A stretch of DNA of 64,000 nt from Heteronotia binoei (Eukaryota). The stretch is from assembly GCF_032191835.1 (NCBI RefSeq), contig NC_083229.1, forward strand, positions 48,484,001-48,548,000, in the 5' to 3' direction. The notes under the pieces were generated by a model, which saw nothing but the letters and a program-made list of their open reading frames with translations, ran no database searches and had not been told where the DNA came from. Both the position numbers and the translations under genes were made by a program. Shown here one piece after another: positions 51,201 to 63,667 of the stretch (positions are counted from its first letter, which is position 1; each line of letters starts with the position of its first letter).

Positions 51201-51667
51201 CTGCTGCCATGTCCTCCTCCTCCAGCCAGAGCACATTGGGCTCCTGCCTGGGCTGCTGGAAAGATGGCTGGCTGTTCATGTGCAGCAGGCAGAATCTCTT
51301 TGACCTCACGTTCCTAGGCCCAGCCAAGCTGCTTCCCACTCGCAGGCAGCTGAGGGAAGGCGCCTGCAGGCACAGGTGCCAGTGGAAAACTACTGGTTAG
51401 CTCGCCCAATATGCCTGCTTACGTAAGCAAGAGAATGGAGCGACTGGCCAGGCCAGTTACACTGTGCATATCAGTCTGGGTGAGAGAGGGGGCAACATAT
51501 GCAGAACGCCAAGGATCAGGGCAGAGGAGGCCCAGAGCTGGAGCCTGCTACCCCCCTGACCCAAATATTCATGGCTTGTCTCCTGCCTCCCTCCCTCCCT
51601 CTCTCCTTCAGCAGCATAGGCAGGATTAAATAAGAGGCAAAGCCGAAATGCATACATGCTCTCTACG

Positions 51668-52189
51668 TAGGGTTGCCAATCCCCAGGTGGGGGCAGGGGA
51701 TCCCCTGGCTTGGAGGCCCTCCCCCCGCTTCAGGGTCATCAGAAAGTGGGGGGAGGGGAGGGAAATGTCTGCTGGGCACTCTATTATTCCCTAGGGAGAT
51801 TTATTACCATAGAAAATAATGGAGAATTGATCCACGGGGCTCTGGGGGGGCTCTATTTTGGTGTAGAGGCACCAAATTTTCAGTATAGCATCTAGTGCCT
51901 CTCCCCAAAATACCCCCCAAGTTTCAAAAAGATTGGACCAGGGGGTCCAATTCTATGAGCCCCCCAAAAAGGTGCCCCTATCCTTCATGATTTCCTATGG
52001 AAGGAAGGCATTGAAAAGGTGTGCTATCCCTTTAAATGTGACAGCCAGAACTCCCTTTGGAGTTCAGTTATGCTTGTCACAGCCTTGATCTTGGCTCCGC
52101 CCCTAATGTCTCCTGCCTCCACCCCCAAAGTCTCCTGGCTCCACCCCCAAAGTCCCCAGATATTTCTTGAATTAGACTTGGCAACCCTA
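51668..52189. mobile_element. ~520-bp hAT-type MITE
   Basis: TIRs TAGGGTTGCCA/TGGCAACCCTA; 8-bp TSD TCTCTACG/TCTCTACA (7/8); near-identical to 58821-59345. Confidence 0.88.
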
Positions 52190-53840
52190 TCTCTACACTC
52201 CCTGCATGCAAGTACTGCCTTATGTAACAGTCTGAATGGAAGTGGGTAGAAATGAGTTGAGGGTCAGGGATGAGAGCAGGCATTCAGAAAAGTGCACTGG
52301 GTTTGCATATGGTAGGTAGGCACTGGATGTGCATATTTGCACATGGGGAATAATATTTTGGGTTACTGGATAATGCCGTGGAGCTAGCAGAAGGCAATTT
52401 AAGTGGAGCTGGCATTTTTGGAGAATGGCAGTACTTGAAGATTGCTTGAGGTGCTGGGGAGCATTGCAGTTACTCTTGTGGTTCAAGCTTGCTGCTGAAT
52501 TTAGGACTTGACAGAAGGAGGTGTGGGACTGTGCTGCTGCCTCACCCCCTCCCCCAAAACCTCTTGACCATAGAAGTTTCTTTAAGACGTGGCTTATTTG
52601 GTTCCCCTTGTTGATGCCACTTGGTCACCAGTCTTTGGCTGCCATACCTTTGGCAACGGAATGCAGCCTTTCATGCTCCAGCTCATCAAAAGCTTTCAAA
52701 ACATGCTAGTCTTTAAAGAGCCACTAGAGTCTCTGGTTGTTGCACCTTCATTGTCAGGCAATAGCTCTGTGTTGTGCAAAATGTCTTGGTTAGTAAGATG
52801 CTGAGGAGGAGTGTCACAATCAGCAGTAAAATATTTTTTAATTAAATTTATTTCTTGCTCCTTTCCCCGCCAGGCAGGGCTTAGGGTGGCTAGATCTCCA
52901 GTACCTGGTGTTATGTTTTATGGCATGCATAGCCCAGCCTGGCAAAGTGACATGTCAGATCTGACTCTCATAACAAATGTATAAGGCTTGTTTTCAGTTT
53001 CCAACCACTTGAAATGTTCAAAGTGTACAGATCTATAATACTGGAACTCCTGCAAGCATGATGATAATTCTATGATCTAAACCTCACAAAGCTGGCCCAT
53101 CCTTGTGTACAAATGTCTGCCATTGAAGTGTTTTGTTTAAGCTTATTACAGCTATTCTGTCAATAATGCAGCTATGAGTAACCTTTGCTACTAGTGCTTC
53201 TGTAATTACTCTCTAAATTACCAGAGCTGACATCATGGTCTACTTTTCTTCCCATCCATGACTCATGTGACATGTCAATATTCAAACACCCCTTCCCTCC
53301 CACAGATATTGTTTCCCAAGAAGTTCTTGCTTAAGGAGTGGCCTTCCTCTTTCCTACAACTGTGAAGAATGTGGATATCGCTGGCCTTTATACAGTGAAA
53401 AGATGTGCCTTTAATTTTAATATCCTGTCATATTTTTTTTTGAGGCAGAGATCTTCCACAAAGCAGGATGATTCTTTCCCCTATATAACCTGCTCCCCTA
53501 ACAATGCAATGGCTTCTGTTTTTGCTTCTTTATCCCAAGATGCCAGAAGTATAACCTGATAGCAAGCATACATCATATCCTCTGAAGCAAAAGAATTAAA
53601 TCTTAGGATAAGGGGAAGAGACCCATTAAATTAGCATGGCCCAAAGATTCCATTTTTTCTCCTTCTTTCTCTTTTCCTAACTGTTCCAAAACACCAAGCC
53701 TGATAAATAGTTCTGCAGAACTTAACAGTTTGCATACTGTGCTGGATCTTAATAAAAAGCATCACACAAGACTTATGTGATTCAATAGATATGATTCCTG
53801 CAGCTTGCCTTGCAGACTGACTAGGAAAACCTTCTATAGA

Positions 53841-53977
53841 AAGGGGTGGCCAACGGTAGCTCTCCAGATGTTTTTTTGCCTCCAACTCCCATCAGCCCCA
53901 GCCATTGGCCATGCTGGCTGGGGCTGATGGGAGTTGTAGGCAAAAGACATCTGGAGAGCTACTGTTGGCCACTCCTG
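53841..53977. mobile_element. Palindromic 137-bp hAT MITE, same family as 15635-15771, inserted in a larger palindrome
   Basis: Near-identical to 15635-15771; the flanks 53791-53840 and 53978-54026 are inverted repeats of each other. Confidence 0.85.
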
Positions 53978-55054
53978 CTATAGGAGTTTTTCCTAGTCAG
54001 TCTGCAAGGCAAGCTGCAGGAAACATTGAGAGACAGCAGCAAGTGCCACCATAAAATGATTGGCATGGGGAGGGGCACTTCAGTATCTTTGCTCTGGCAG
54101 GGTTATGGGGAAAAATCTACAATTTTGATTAAGCTTTCATTTGAGTGAGGGTGGGTATTAAAATTTTCAGTCCTTTCCTCCATACATACTTTAATTGACA
54201 TTATTCTTTCTGCTCAGTTACCAAGGCTTGGCTTGCTCCTTTCTTCCTGGAGCCCTCCAGAGAACAGACACAGCAAGAGCTTTTTCTCTACACTATGTGC
54301 TCCTGTAATTGAAAGAAGTGGTGGTGGGTGTCCTTACCTAATGTAAAGCTATTTGTGGGGTGAGGGGTCTGCTTGGGAAATCCAGTTGCCACAAGCACAG
54401 TAAAATCTATCAGCCTGTAAATAATGGATTTTATTAGAGGAGGGGTGAAACTATTCTAGAAAGAACAAGTAAGTAGGACGGGATGTGTTTTCCCTGCTAG
54501 AGAGTGAAGGACTATAATTATTCCTACTCCTTCATACTCTCTTCTGGCTCTTCTTTTATTTTATAGGAATGATGACTCTCTTTTCTGACCCCCCCCACCC
54601 CCGCCTTCCTTTATGCTGCTGATAATGTTCTAGGGGAAATAGCTTAAAACTAACAAGTGTCTTCAGTGGAGATAAATGGACCCAAGCTGTGAACTCGGGA
54701 GTCTGTTATCTTTTAAGCTGCTTGGGCTTTTGGAGGAGGTTGAAGTTTCCCCACCACCTTATTGCCACTACTACAGCCTCTCTAGCCTCCCATAGCATGT
54801 ATCAAAGCTGGCTGGAGAGGGGTGTGGGGTAGGGGTGAAGGACAGGGAGATGGTCTTTTACACATAAGGAAAGACAGAAAAGGAGGTTAAAGGGAAGGGA
54901 GCTTGAAAGAGGCAGAAGGGATCAGGAAGCAGGAAAGTGAGTGGCCGATAACTGAGGCACCATGCTGAGGACTGTGGGATTACAGAGTACTGCATTTTGT
55001 TATCACTATAAAACTAGGATGCATTGCGCTATTTTTGTAGGGAAGACGGCCTGC

Positions 55055-55060
55055 TTTATT
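55055..55060 (-). terminator. Candidate FABP poly(A) signal
   Basis: AATAAA on the minus strand about 95 nt after the stop codon. Confidence 0.6.
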
Positions 55061-55154
55061 TTGCTGTCCACAGGACCATATTCAGACTTGCATTGCTGAA
55101 CTTACATGAAGCAACAAAGTTTAAATCTGAAGTAAAATTTGAAACTACTTTCCA

Positions 55155-55205
55155 TCATGCTCTTTCATAGACCCTCGTGCAGATGATGTCATTCATGGCA
55201 TACTC
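55155..55205 (-). CDS. Fatty acid-binding protein (FABP9/FABP12/PMP2-like) exon 4
   Basis: EYAMNDIICTRVYERA*; TTTTTTTATCCACAG acceptor; 51 nt, the canonical FABP exon-4 size. Confidence 0.92.
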   Translation of the reverse strand, partial: EYAMNDIICTRVYERA

Positions 55206-55607
55206 CTGTGGATAAAAAAAAATTGATAACACACTATTGAGCATATCCCATTTCACAGTATCATTTAGCAAGAAGTATTCTCACTAATTTTTAGGAGAGG
55301 GATAGTGCTTTCTTGTAGGAAGAAACAATCCGTTTATGTAAATCCACACAGCAGCAGTTTATGTGGGTAACTGCAAGTAAAGTATTGTGTTAGCCTGCAA
55401 AAAGGTAACTTCCCTATGCACATTCCAGAACACGAAACAGATGGTACAGCTGAGCTCTTGGACAGTTTCAGTCACAACAGGGCCACGTGTAGTTTGTTGA
55501 TCTTGCTGGATGACTAAGAATTATTTTCTTCTTTTGAACTGGCTTTAAATAAGGATGCAAACATCTTAATATTGAACACTCAAGGGTCTTAATCTATTGT
55601 TGTCAAC

Positions 55608-56012
55608 TTCCAGGTAGCAGATGAAGATCTGCTGGGATTACAATTTATCTCTAAGAGACAGAAATCAGTTGACCTGGACCAAACTTTGGAAGGTAGATTC
55701 TACGGCAGTATTTCCCATTGAAGCCTCCCCGCTCCCCAAACCAAACCATCTGCTGGATCCGCCCCCCAAATCTCCAGGTGTTTTCCAACCTGGAGTAGGC
55801 AACCATTGTTCCTTCCAAGCTGAGTTAATGTGAGCTAGCTCACAATTTTTTAGCCTCCAGCTCACAAATTTTTGTCTCAGCTCAGGAAAAATGGCCCAAG
55901 AGCAAACTAATCTATGCAGTACCTCACAACTTGAATGCCAATAGCTCACAAAGTAGAATTTTTGCTCACAAGACCCCACAGTTTAGAGGGAACATTGCTG
56001 GCAACCCTATCC
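55608..56012. mobile_element. TAGGGTTGCCA-family MITE with a nested hAT-like element (~55806-55997) in FABP intron 3
   Basis: Ends ...GGCAACCCTA; the internal segment matches 30946-31133. Confidence 0.6.
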
Positions 56013-56250
56013 TAATCCCATATTACTCTGTTCCCAAGTCCACACTTGCTCCTATTAAACTGGATATGTGATGGGACTTGAAGGAAAGGGGACTTAAAGC
56101 TTCCTCCACATCCCCAAATCACTTTCACAACTTAAAATGGCCCTGGGTAGCCTCTGCAGCATTTGGCTAAAGAAGATTGTCCTTGATGTCATGGATTGAT
56201 CATGGTAACAGACTTCAGCAGAATAGTGTTAGGGGGTGGGGGGAGCTCAC

Positions 56251-56352
56251 CAACACCATTTTCCCCTGCACTAATTTTCTTTTGATAGTAGTATGGTTGC
56301 CATTCCACTTCTGCACATGAATCAGACCACCATTTTCCGTAGTTATAACACT
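56251..56352 (-). CDS. FABP exon 3
   Basis: [34 protein letters not shown]; 102 nt; AG/GT boundaries. Confidence 0.95.
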
Positions 56353-56508
56353 CTAAAAGAGAGAAACAAGAGTTTGGATATTGAAAGTACATTATTAGTA
56401 TCTTTGTCTAACTGCAGTTCTGATGGTCAACAAACTCAGCTGTCAAGATGTTCTGTTTCAATGTTCTAAAATATGGAAAGCATTCCAAGTGATAACAACA
56501 ATATTCAC

Positions 56509-56681
56509 CTTGGCTTTCCTGTTATCCAGTGTTATTTCCTCAAACTCTTGGCCCAGTCTAAAGGAGATTTCATTAACTTTGAAGCTGGTCTCTGTCCTAA
56601 TGGTGATAAGGTCTTTGTCCATGGTGATGATTATTTTGGGTTTGGCCAGGCTGCCGAGTTTCCTTTGGGCAAAACTGACTC
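56509..56681 (-). CDS. FABP exon 2
   Basis: [58 protein letters not shown]; 173 nt. Confidence 0.95.
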
Positions 56682-57783
56682 CTATAAATAGAAGGCAAAT
56701 CAGAGTATGAGCTTTCAGAAAGATTCTAGGTGATGAGTTTTAGTTTTTTAACAAACAATTTTATTGAAAAAATAATAAATATACAAAAACCAAGGTAAAA
56801 TGGGAGTACAAAATATGTGCAATAACCCAGTAATAATGAGTTTTAATTACTCATAACCAAACCAGACAAGGCAGTCCTAAATAACCTTGGATTAAATGTT
56901 GCAGACCTCATGCTGATTTCTTTAGTGCAAGAAGCCCTCACTGATGCAAGATACTCTTCTTGCGCTGTGGAAGGCTCTTTATACCAGAGGACATGGAAAT
57001 GCGATAATTTAGGTAGATGGGGTTGGATCCCCTGCTACTATTACTGGGTTGGATCTATGGGAACCAACCCCATATATTTAAATATTTTCAGTGGTAGCTC
57101 TGTCTTACATGTGATACCAGTAAAACAGGATAGAGTGAAATGCAACTAAAACAGATCCATCCAAAGGAAACTGTATATCTTTTCTAGTATTTTTATTTCT
57201 TTGACAATGATATGCTGATGGTGAAAGAGAAATATCCTGTAGATATATTTTGCTGGCGTGCTATTCATATGAACACTTTTTAATGCATATTCTTGTATTA
57301 ATTTATTTACTTTTTTTTTCTTTTTGGTCTCTTATCACTAAAAACAACACATAACACGATTCCTTGAGTGTACAATCTCATTAATCCAAAAGGTATGTGC
57401 AAAACTTCTGGATAATATGACTTTCAGATGAATGGGATTCCCACCCATCCCCCAAATTGGATTGCATTGACATAGAACTTAATGGAAGGCATTTGGGTAC
57501 ATTTGAAAATGGGACAACAAAGGTTTTGACTTTGGGGATTCTGCTGAATTTAAAATGAAGGTCCCATGAGCTGTCTTCAAAATACAGCCTGCCCTAAAGA
57601 AAGATACTATACAGAGCTAAAGAACCACATGCTAACATTTGGTGTTCTGGTTCAAAACAAAGCTTCACTTCCCCCTACAAAAAATATTCAAAATTATTGT
57701 AAGGAATCCTAAGCATCTCACTATACATGCAATAGCAGATTCAGGGTCATCTTTGATACTTTCTGACAGAAAAGGTTGCTTAC

Positions 57784-57856
57784 CCAGTTCTTTCATATAT
57801 TCATCAAAATTTTCACTGGAGATGAGTTTCCAGGTTCCTAAGAACTGCTCAGACAT
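57784..57856 (-). CDS. FABP exon 1
   Basis: [25 protein letters not shown] with the GTWKL signature; 73 nt; GTAAGC donor. Exons sum to 399 nt = 132 aa plus stop. Confidence 0.96.
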
Positions 57857-58820
57857 TATGTAAGAATGATAAGTAGAAATCCTTAAAGAAAGAAACATGA
57901 AAATTGAATTTACTAATGAAATATAGGCCGGGGGGGGGGGGGGCTGCCTCCAAGTTTGAACATGTCAGAAAAGTGCCATACAAACTCATATATCCTGGCT
58001 GGAAGTTGTCCCTCCTCTTTGCTGCTTCCTTTCTGAGCCCAATGTGGTGTTGGCAAAAGCAAAAGCAGAGGCTGTTACTGCTACCATTCACCCACTCTTT
58101 CTGGGCCCAATGGGATGGCAGCAGATGGTGGCAGCAAGAAGAAGAAGCAAGTTGCTGCTGTCATTCCTACCCCAACCAAATGAGTAAGCAGTGCTGACCA
58201 TTCATCCTCTATCCCACACCCTTGACAATCCAAGGGCATCATATCCTACAACTCCCCCAGGTACTGACATCACATCTTCCATGACGCTCTAGGAACTTTC
58301 CTAGGCTGTCTGGTCTTCACGTACAAGTGTCAGAAGTGACATCATGTCACCTGAAAATCCACCCTCCCCAGACACCACCTCCAAAATCTCCTAACATTTG
58401 TTTGTGCAGAGTTGGCAACCCTAATGGCCATTGGGCCACTGTGAACTGGAACACTAGAGCTATATGGTTTTTAGGCTCACACACACTGAGTGTATCCATT
58501 ATCTGAAAAAGATGCACACACAGATATAACCAAAGGACCCATTCTAAACAGAGTAGGAGGTGGCTAGCACTGGCAAAGAAACCTTCAGTTAGACTACACC
58601 AAAGTCCTGTTATGTGTTTCAGTGAACACAAGTACATCCTGTGTGTAAATGTATGCATCTGTTTGTAAGAAACAGCCAACACACTCACATTGCAATTGAA
58701 AACAGGGACCAATACCTAGATGAATGTGGGGTTTGTATCAAATATGCAGCTGTATATGCATTGTGTAAGCAAGAAGATTATTTAACACATTTTTTAAAAA
58801 ATCAAGTATGTAGTGTATAC

Positions 58821-59345
58821 TAGGGTTGCCAATCCCCAGGTGGGGGCAGGGGATCCCCCGGTTTGGAGGCCCTCCCCCCGCTTCAGGGTCGTCAGAAAGC
58901 GGGGGGAGGGGAGGGAAAAGTCTGCTGGGAACTGTGTTATTCCCTATGGAGATTTATTCCCATAGAAAATCATGGAGAATTGATCCGCAGGTATCTGGGG
59001 CTTTGGAGGGGCTGTTTTTTGGGGTAGAAGCACCAAATTTTCAGTAGAGCATCTAGTGCCTCTCCCCAAAATACCCTCCAAGTTTCAAAAAGATTGGACC
59101 AGGGGGTCCAATTCTATGAGCCCCAAAAGAAGGTGCCCCTATCCTTCATGATTTCCTATGGAAGGAAGGAATTGAAAAGGTGTGCCGTCCCTTTAAATGT
59201 GATGGCCACTCCCTTGGAGTTCAATTATGCTTGTCACAGCCTTGATCTTGGCTCCACCCCTAATGTCTCCTGGCTCCACCCCCAAAGTCTCCTGGCTCCA
59301 CCCCAAAGTTCCCAGATATTTCTTGAATTGGACTTGGCAACCCTA
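58821..59345. mobile_element. ~525-bp hAT-type MITE
   Basis: TIRs TAGGGTTGCCA/TGGCAACCCTA; perfect 8-bp TSD GTGTATAC (58813-58820 and 59346-59353). Confidence 0.92.
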
Positions 59346-61811
59346 GTGTATACTGAACATGGACTAAACATACTGCACATTCAATGTAACTTGTAAACCG
59401 TGCTGGTGTCGTACAAGAAACCCACATCACAACATATGACCTTCCTTGGACTCGGCATGGTAAATAATCATTTAATTGGCCCACAGAAATCAGTAGAATT
59501 TATAGTAGTTGAGTGAGGTAGGGTTGCCAACCTCTAGGTGAGGCCTGGGGATCTTCCTGCATTGCAACTTGCATCCAGTCTACAGAAACCAGTTACCCAG
59601 AAAAAAATGGCTGCTTTGAAGGGTGGATTGTAGGGCATTATGCCCCGCACAGGTCCCTTCCCTCCTCTCTCCAAACCTGCCCCCCCCCCCAAGCTCCAGT
59701 TCCAAAATCTCCAGGAATTTCCTAATGTGGAGTTGACAGCCCTTGGAGGGATTACCCAACCTGTATAAAAGGAGTTAATGGGTACTCCGCAGTTCCCATA
59801 TTAGCAGTGCCCAGTTTGGATCTGGCCTATGGTGCATATGGAGAATTCAGCAATCCCCTCTGCATTATTTTCCCAACTTGAAATAGTTCAGAATAAGGTT
59901 GCCAGTCTCCAGGTGGGGCCTGAAGTCCTCACAGAATTATATGTAATCTTCAGATGACTGTGATCAGTTTCCCTGAAGAAAATGGCTGCTTTGGAGGGTA
60001 GACTCTATGGCATTGTTGTACCCCAGTGTGTTTCCACCCCCGTCCCTGGCTCCACCTCCAAAATCTCCAGGAATTGGCAACACTAGGGATTGCCTCCATT
60101 TTTCAACCAGATATCAATAGGGTCACCAATGAGTCTAAGGAAATATGTCCTAGCCTTTTAATACAGGTTTCATGTATGGAAATGGGCAACAAGTTTTTTA
60201 TGGCATGCAGATAAATAACATCCTATTAAGCCAGTATTAAAAAGGCAGGAAACCACCAGGTAAATAACATCCCATTCATTAAGCTTCTAATAAAAGGACA
60301 GGTCATTTTCCCTCAAGTCAGTTGGCAACCATACAAGAGCTCCCTTGCTTCTAGGTGTTGCATGATGGGCAGTTCTTCAGCAGGTCAGGATTTCCCAACT
60401 GCCACATCCTCATAGGAAAAGCACACAGCTTCTTAATTGCTACCTAGCTGTTTAGACAAGCCCAAAGGCATAATTCAGGAAATCATATTCAGGATGTGGA
60501 TGGAAGCCATTACAATAAAAGCACTAATTTACTGTTCATTTTTGTCTCTTGCATTTCAAAAGGCTAGCTTTTCTTCAATAAGTTGCTCTAAATATCTACC
60601 AACTTACCAGCACAGATATTTTACCCTTGGATAAAACCACACAGAAAAGTGTTTCCTGTGTCAAAGGGCAAAAAGGATTTGTGTGTGCTTCCTGGACAGG
60701 GTGAACTACCCCCAAGAACTTTATATTAACAGAATAGGGCAAACATGACTACATCTGCAGAAATATAAAAAAGCAGAAATGCACGGGAACACAATTCCTG
60801 CTGGCTTGGTGTCAGGGGGTGTGGTCATATGCAAATGACTTCCTGCTGGGCTTTTTCTACAAAAAAAAAAAAGCCCTGAATAAAAGTGTGTGGGATATTC
60901 TCATCTCTTATAGAGATGAGATCTCACATTGAGATTTAAATCTGTCTTCAAGGTTTCATTGTTCCATCCACTCCCATGATGATGATACACTCCTTCAACA
61001 GAAAGAGTATCTTATGATTTCTTAATTCCTATCATAAATGGGAAGTTCAGCATTTGTCCCACCATATTGTCCCACCTGTGCATCACTATAGACTAGTTCA
61101 AATCAGCACGCTCTAAAAATGTGGAGGTCTAATATGGACGATTTATAACAAACCATTCCCATCACTCCTCATGGGGGCATCTTACAACGTCTGTCACTTT
61201 TTTATTTAGCCTAGGTTGACAACCACCAGGTGGGGCCTGGGGGTCTCAGAATCACCACTGATCTTCAAACTACAGGAATCAGTTCCCCTGGACACTGTGG
61301 CAGATAGGGCTGCCATAGGGGGGGGGGGAATAAAAAATTTCCCAATCCTGTGTTGGTGACCCTAATTTAGCACTATCCATGTCAAAGTAGAATGTGTAAA
61401 CAAGACCAGATCTACATGTTTTTTGAGGGAGGGGGGATTAAGAAATGATGCCCCCTTACAGGCCCATTCTATCTTATGGGCCCAATTTGGCGCCCCCCCC
61501 CCTCTGCCGGCACCTAGGGCAAGCACCTCCTCTGCCCCCCTAGAGATGGCCCTGCATGTAGAACAGGGTTATCAATCAGCAGCTCACAAACAATGGGAAT
61601 TTTCAGGGGTGGGGACATAGGGGGTGTTATCACATGATGGCATGTCATTTCTGGAAAAATCTGGAAGTAATGCCACTCTAGGAACTGCAGGAATGTCTGT
61701 TGTAAAACTGCAGAATTTCTGGTAATTCTTCAAGCAGAGTGACATCAATTCTTAGTTTCCGTTGGCAGTGATGTACTGCATTTCACTGATTTTTTTTTCT
61801 TACTCCTGTCG

Positions 61812-62075
61812 AGGGCTTTTTTTGAGCAGGAATGCATAGGAATGCAGTTCCAGCTGACTTGGCATCAGGGAGTGTGTGGTCTAATATGCAAATAAGTCCT
61901 GCTGGACTTTTTCTACAAAAAAGCTCTGTGTGAAAAACCAGTGGTGATAAAGAGTGTGACCTAATATGCAAATGAGCTCCTGCTGGGCTTTTTGCACAAA
62001 TCAACAATGTTGTTAGGGGTGTGGCCTGATATGCAAATGAGTTCCTGCTGAGCTTTTCCTACAAAATAAGTCCTG
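61812..62075. mobile_element. Octamer-containing MITE-like repeat
   Basis: Three ATGCAAAT motifs (61886, 61966, 62031) in repeated GTGTGGCCTAATATGCAAATGAG-like units. Confidence 0.6.
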
Positions 62076-63315
62076 CTCCTGTCAGTGGGTAACAGGAGCT
62101 GGGAATGGGAGAAAAGCTGTTTGTCATTAAGTTGTTAAAGGAACACAGGGAAACCCAACATACACAGGTGCAGGAAGAAAGTGGAAACCACTTCATGGGT
62201 GCGGTCACACTCACCATTAAATCCATCTACAACGCGCCTGTATTATAATCCGCACAACCAATTTTCCAATCAGACAACAGCCAGGCTCCCGTTCTATCCC
62301 ATGTGGGTCCCGTCGCTGGTTGATCAGATTGCTCTACCGGACCTCGTTTCATGAGACGTCAATCTGCATTAGCGTAGGTGCAGTGATGCCCGCTATCTGC
62401 AGCACGTCGCTTTTAAATGGGTCAGATCACTAAAGTTTTGCTAGTCCGTTGGCACTACTTTTCCAGCACGAGCGCTACGCATGCAGAAAAGAACCCAGGA
62501 ATTCAAATCAGTTCACATCTAGTTCACATCTACTTTCAAAAGTGATTTTTGTTTCCAGACATAAGGGTGGGTAAACAATTTATCGAGCCAACATTCACTC
62601 ACTCACTGGCGCAGTGATATCACTTGCAGGGGCTTTGGGAGGGAAGCGGTGGTGCGCTTCCAATGAGTCGCCAACGATGGAGCGTTCAAACAGAGAAACT
62701 CTGCTCAGGAACCGTCAGAAGGATTTTGTTCCTGATTTAAAGCAGTATCAAATTAGTCCACGCCCCAGTCGTCTCAACACGGGACTCGAACGAGCTAACC
62801 ACCATTCACAGATGCTGCTCCACTCATGCTCGTAGTGGGATTTTATGAACGTCTGACCTCACCCCATCACATATTTGTATCAACACACATCTCACAAAGG
62901 TCTGAGAGGAGCAGAACAGAGCAGAGCAGCTCTCATAGCTGAGACAGCTGGAGAAGTTGCTGAGAATTTCTGAGTTTTGAAAGACTTCATTCTGAGGTTT
63001 GTGGGGCTGCCTAAAATTCTGAGGTGTGATAGCTGGGGAACTGCTGTTTGTTTGGTCTTTGTTTGCTCTTTGTTTGGTTGAGTGGGCTAAAGGAGAAAGA
63101 GATTGAGAGTGATTGCTGCTGATTGCTGAGGAGTGCCTCTGCTCCACCCTCTTTGCATTGTAAGCTGCGCCTTGCCAAAGGGCGAGAGCTAAAGGGCTCT
63201 TGGCCTGTGGTTCTTCGCCTGGGGGCTCCCTAAGGACCAGGAACCCAGATCCCTGATTTCCTTGTTCTACCAATAAGGTAAGTTGACCCTCCAGAAGGGG
63301 AGCCACTTAAACAAA

Positions 63316-63667
63316 NNNNNNNNNNNNNNNNNNNNNNNNNNNNNNNNNNNNNNNNNNNNNNNNNNNNNNNNNNNNNNNNNNNNNNNNNNNNNNNNNNNNN
63401 NNNNNNNNNNNNNNNNNNNNNNNNNNNNNNNNNNNNNNNNNNNNNNNNNNNNNNNNNNNNNNNNNNNNNNNNNNNNNNNNNNNNNNNNNNNNNNNNNNNN
63501 NNNNNNNNNNNNNNNNNNNNNNNNNNNNNNNNNNNNNNNNNNNNNNNNNNNNNNNNNNNNNNNNNNNNNNNNNNNNNNNNNNNNNNNNNNNNNNNNNNNN
63601 NNNNNNNNNNNNNNNNNNNNNNNNNNNNNNNNNNNNNNNNNNNNNNNNNNNNNNNNNNNNNNNNNNN
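63316..63667. other. Assembly gap (352 N)
   Basis: Run of N. Confidence 1.
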
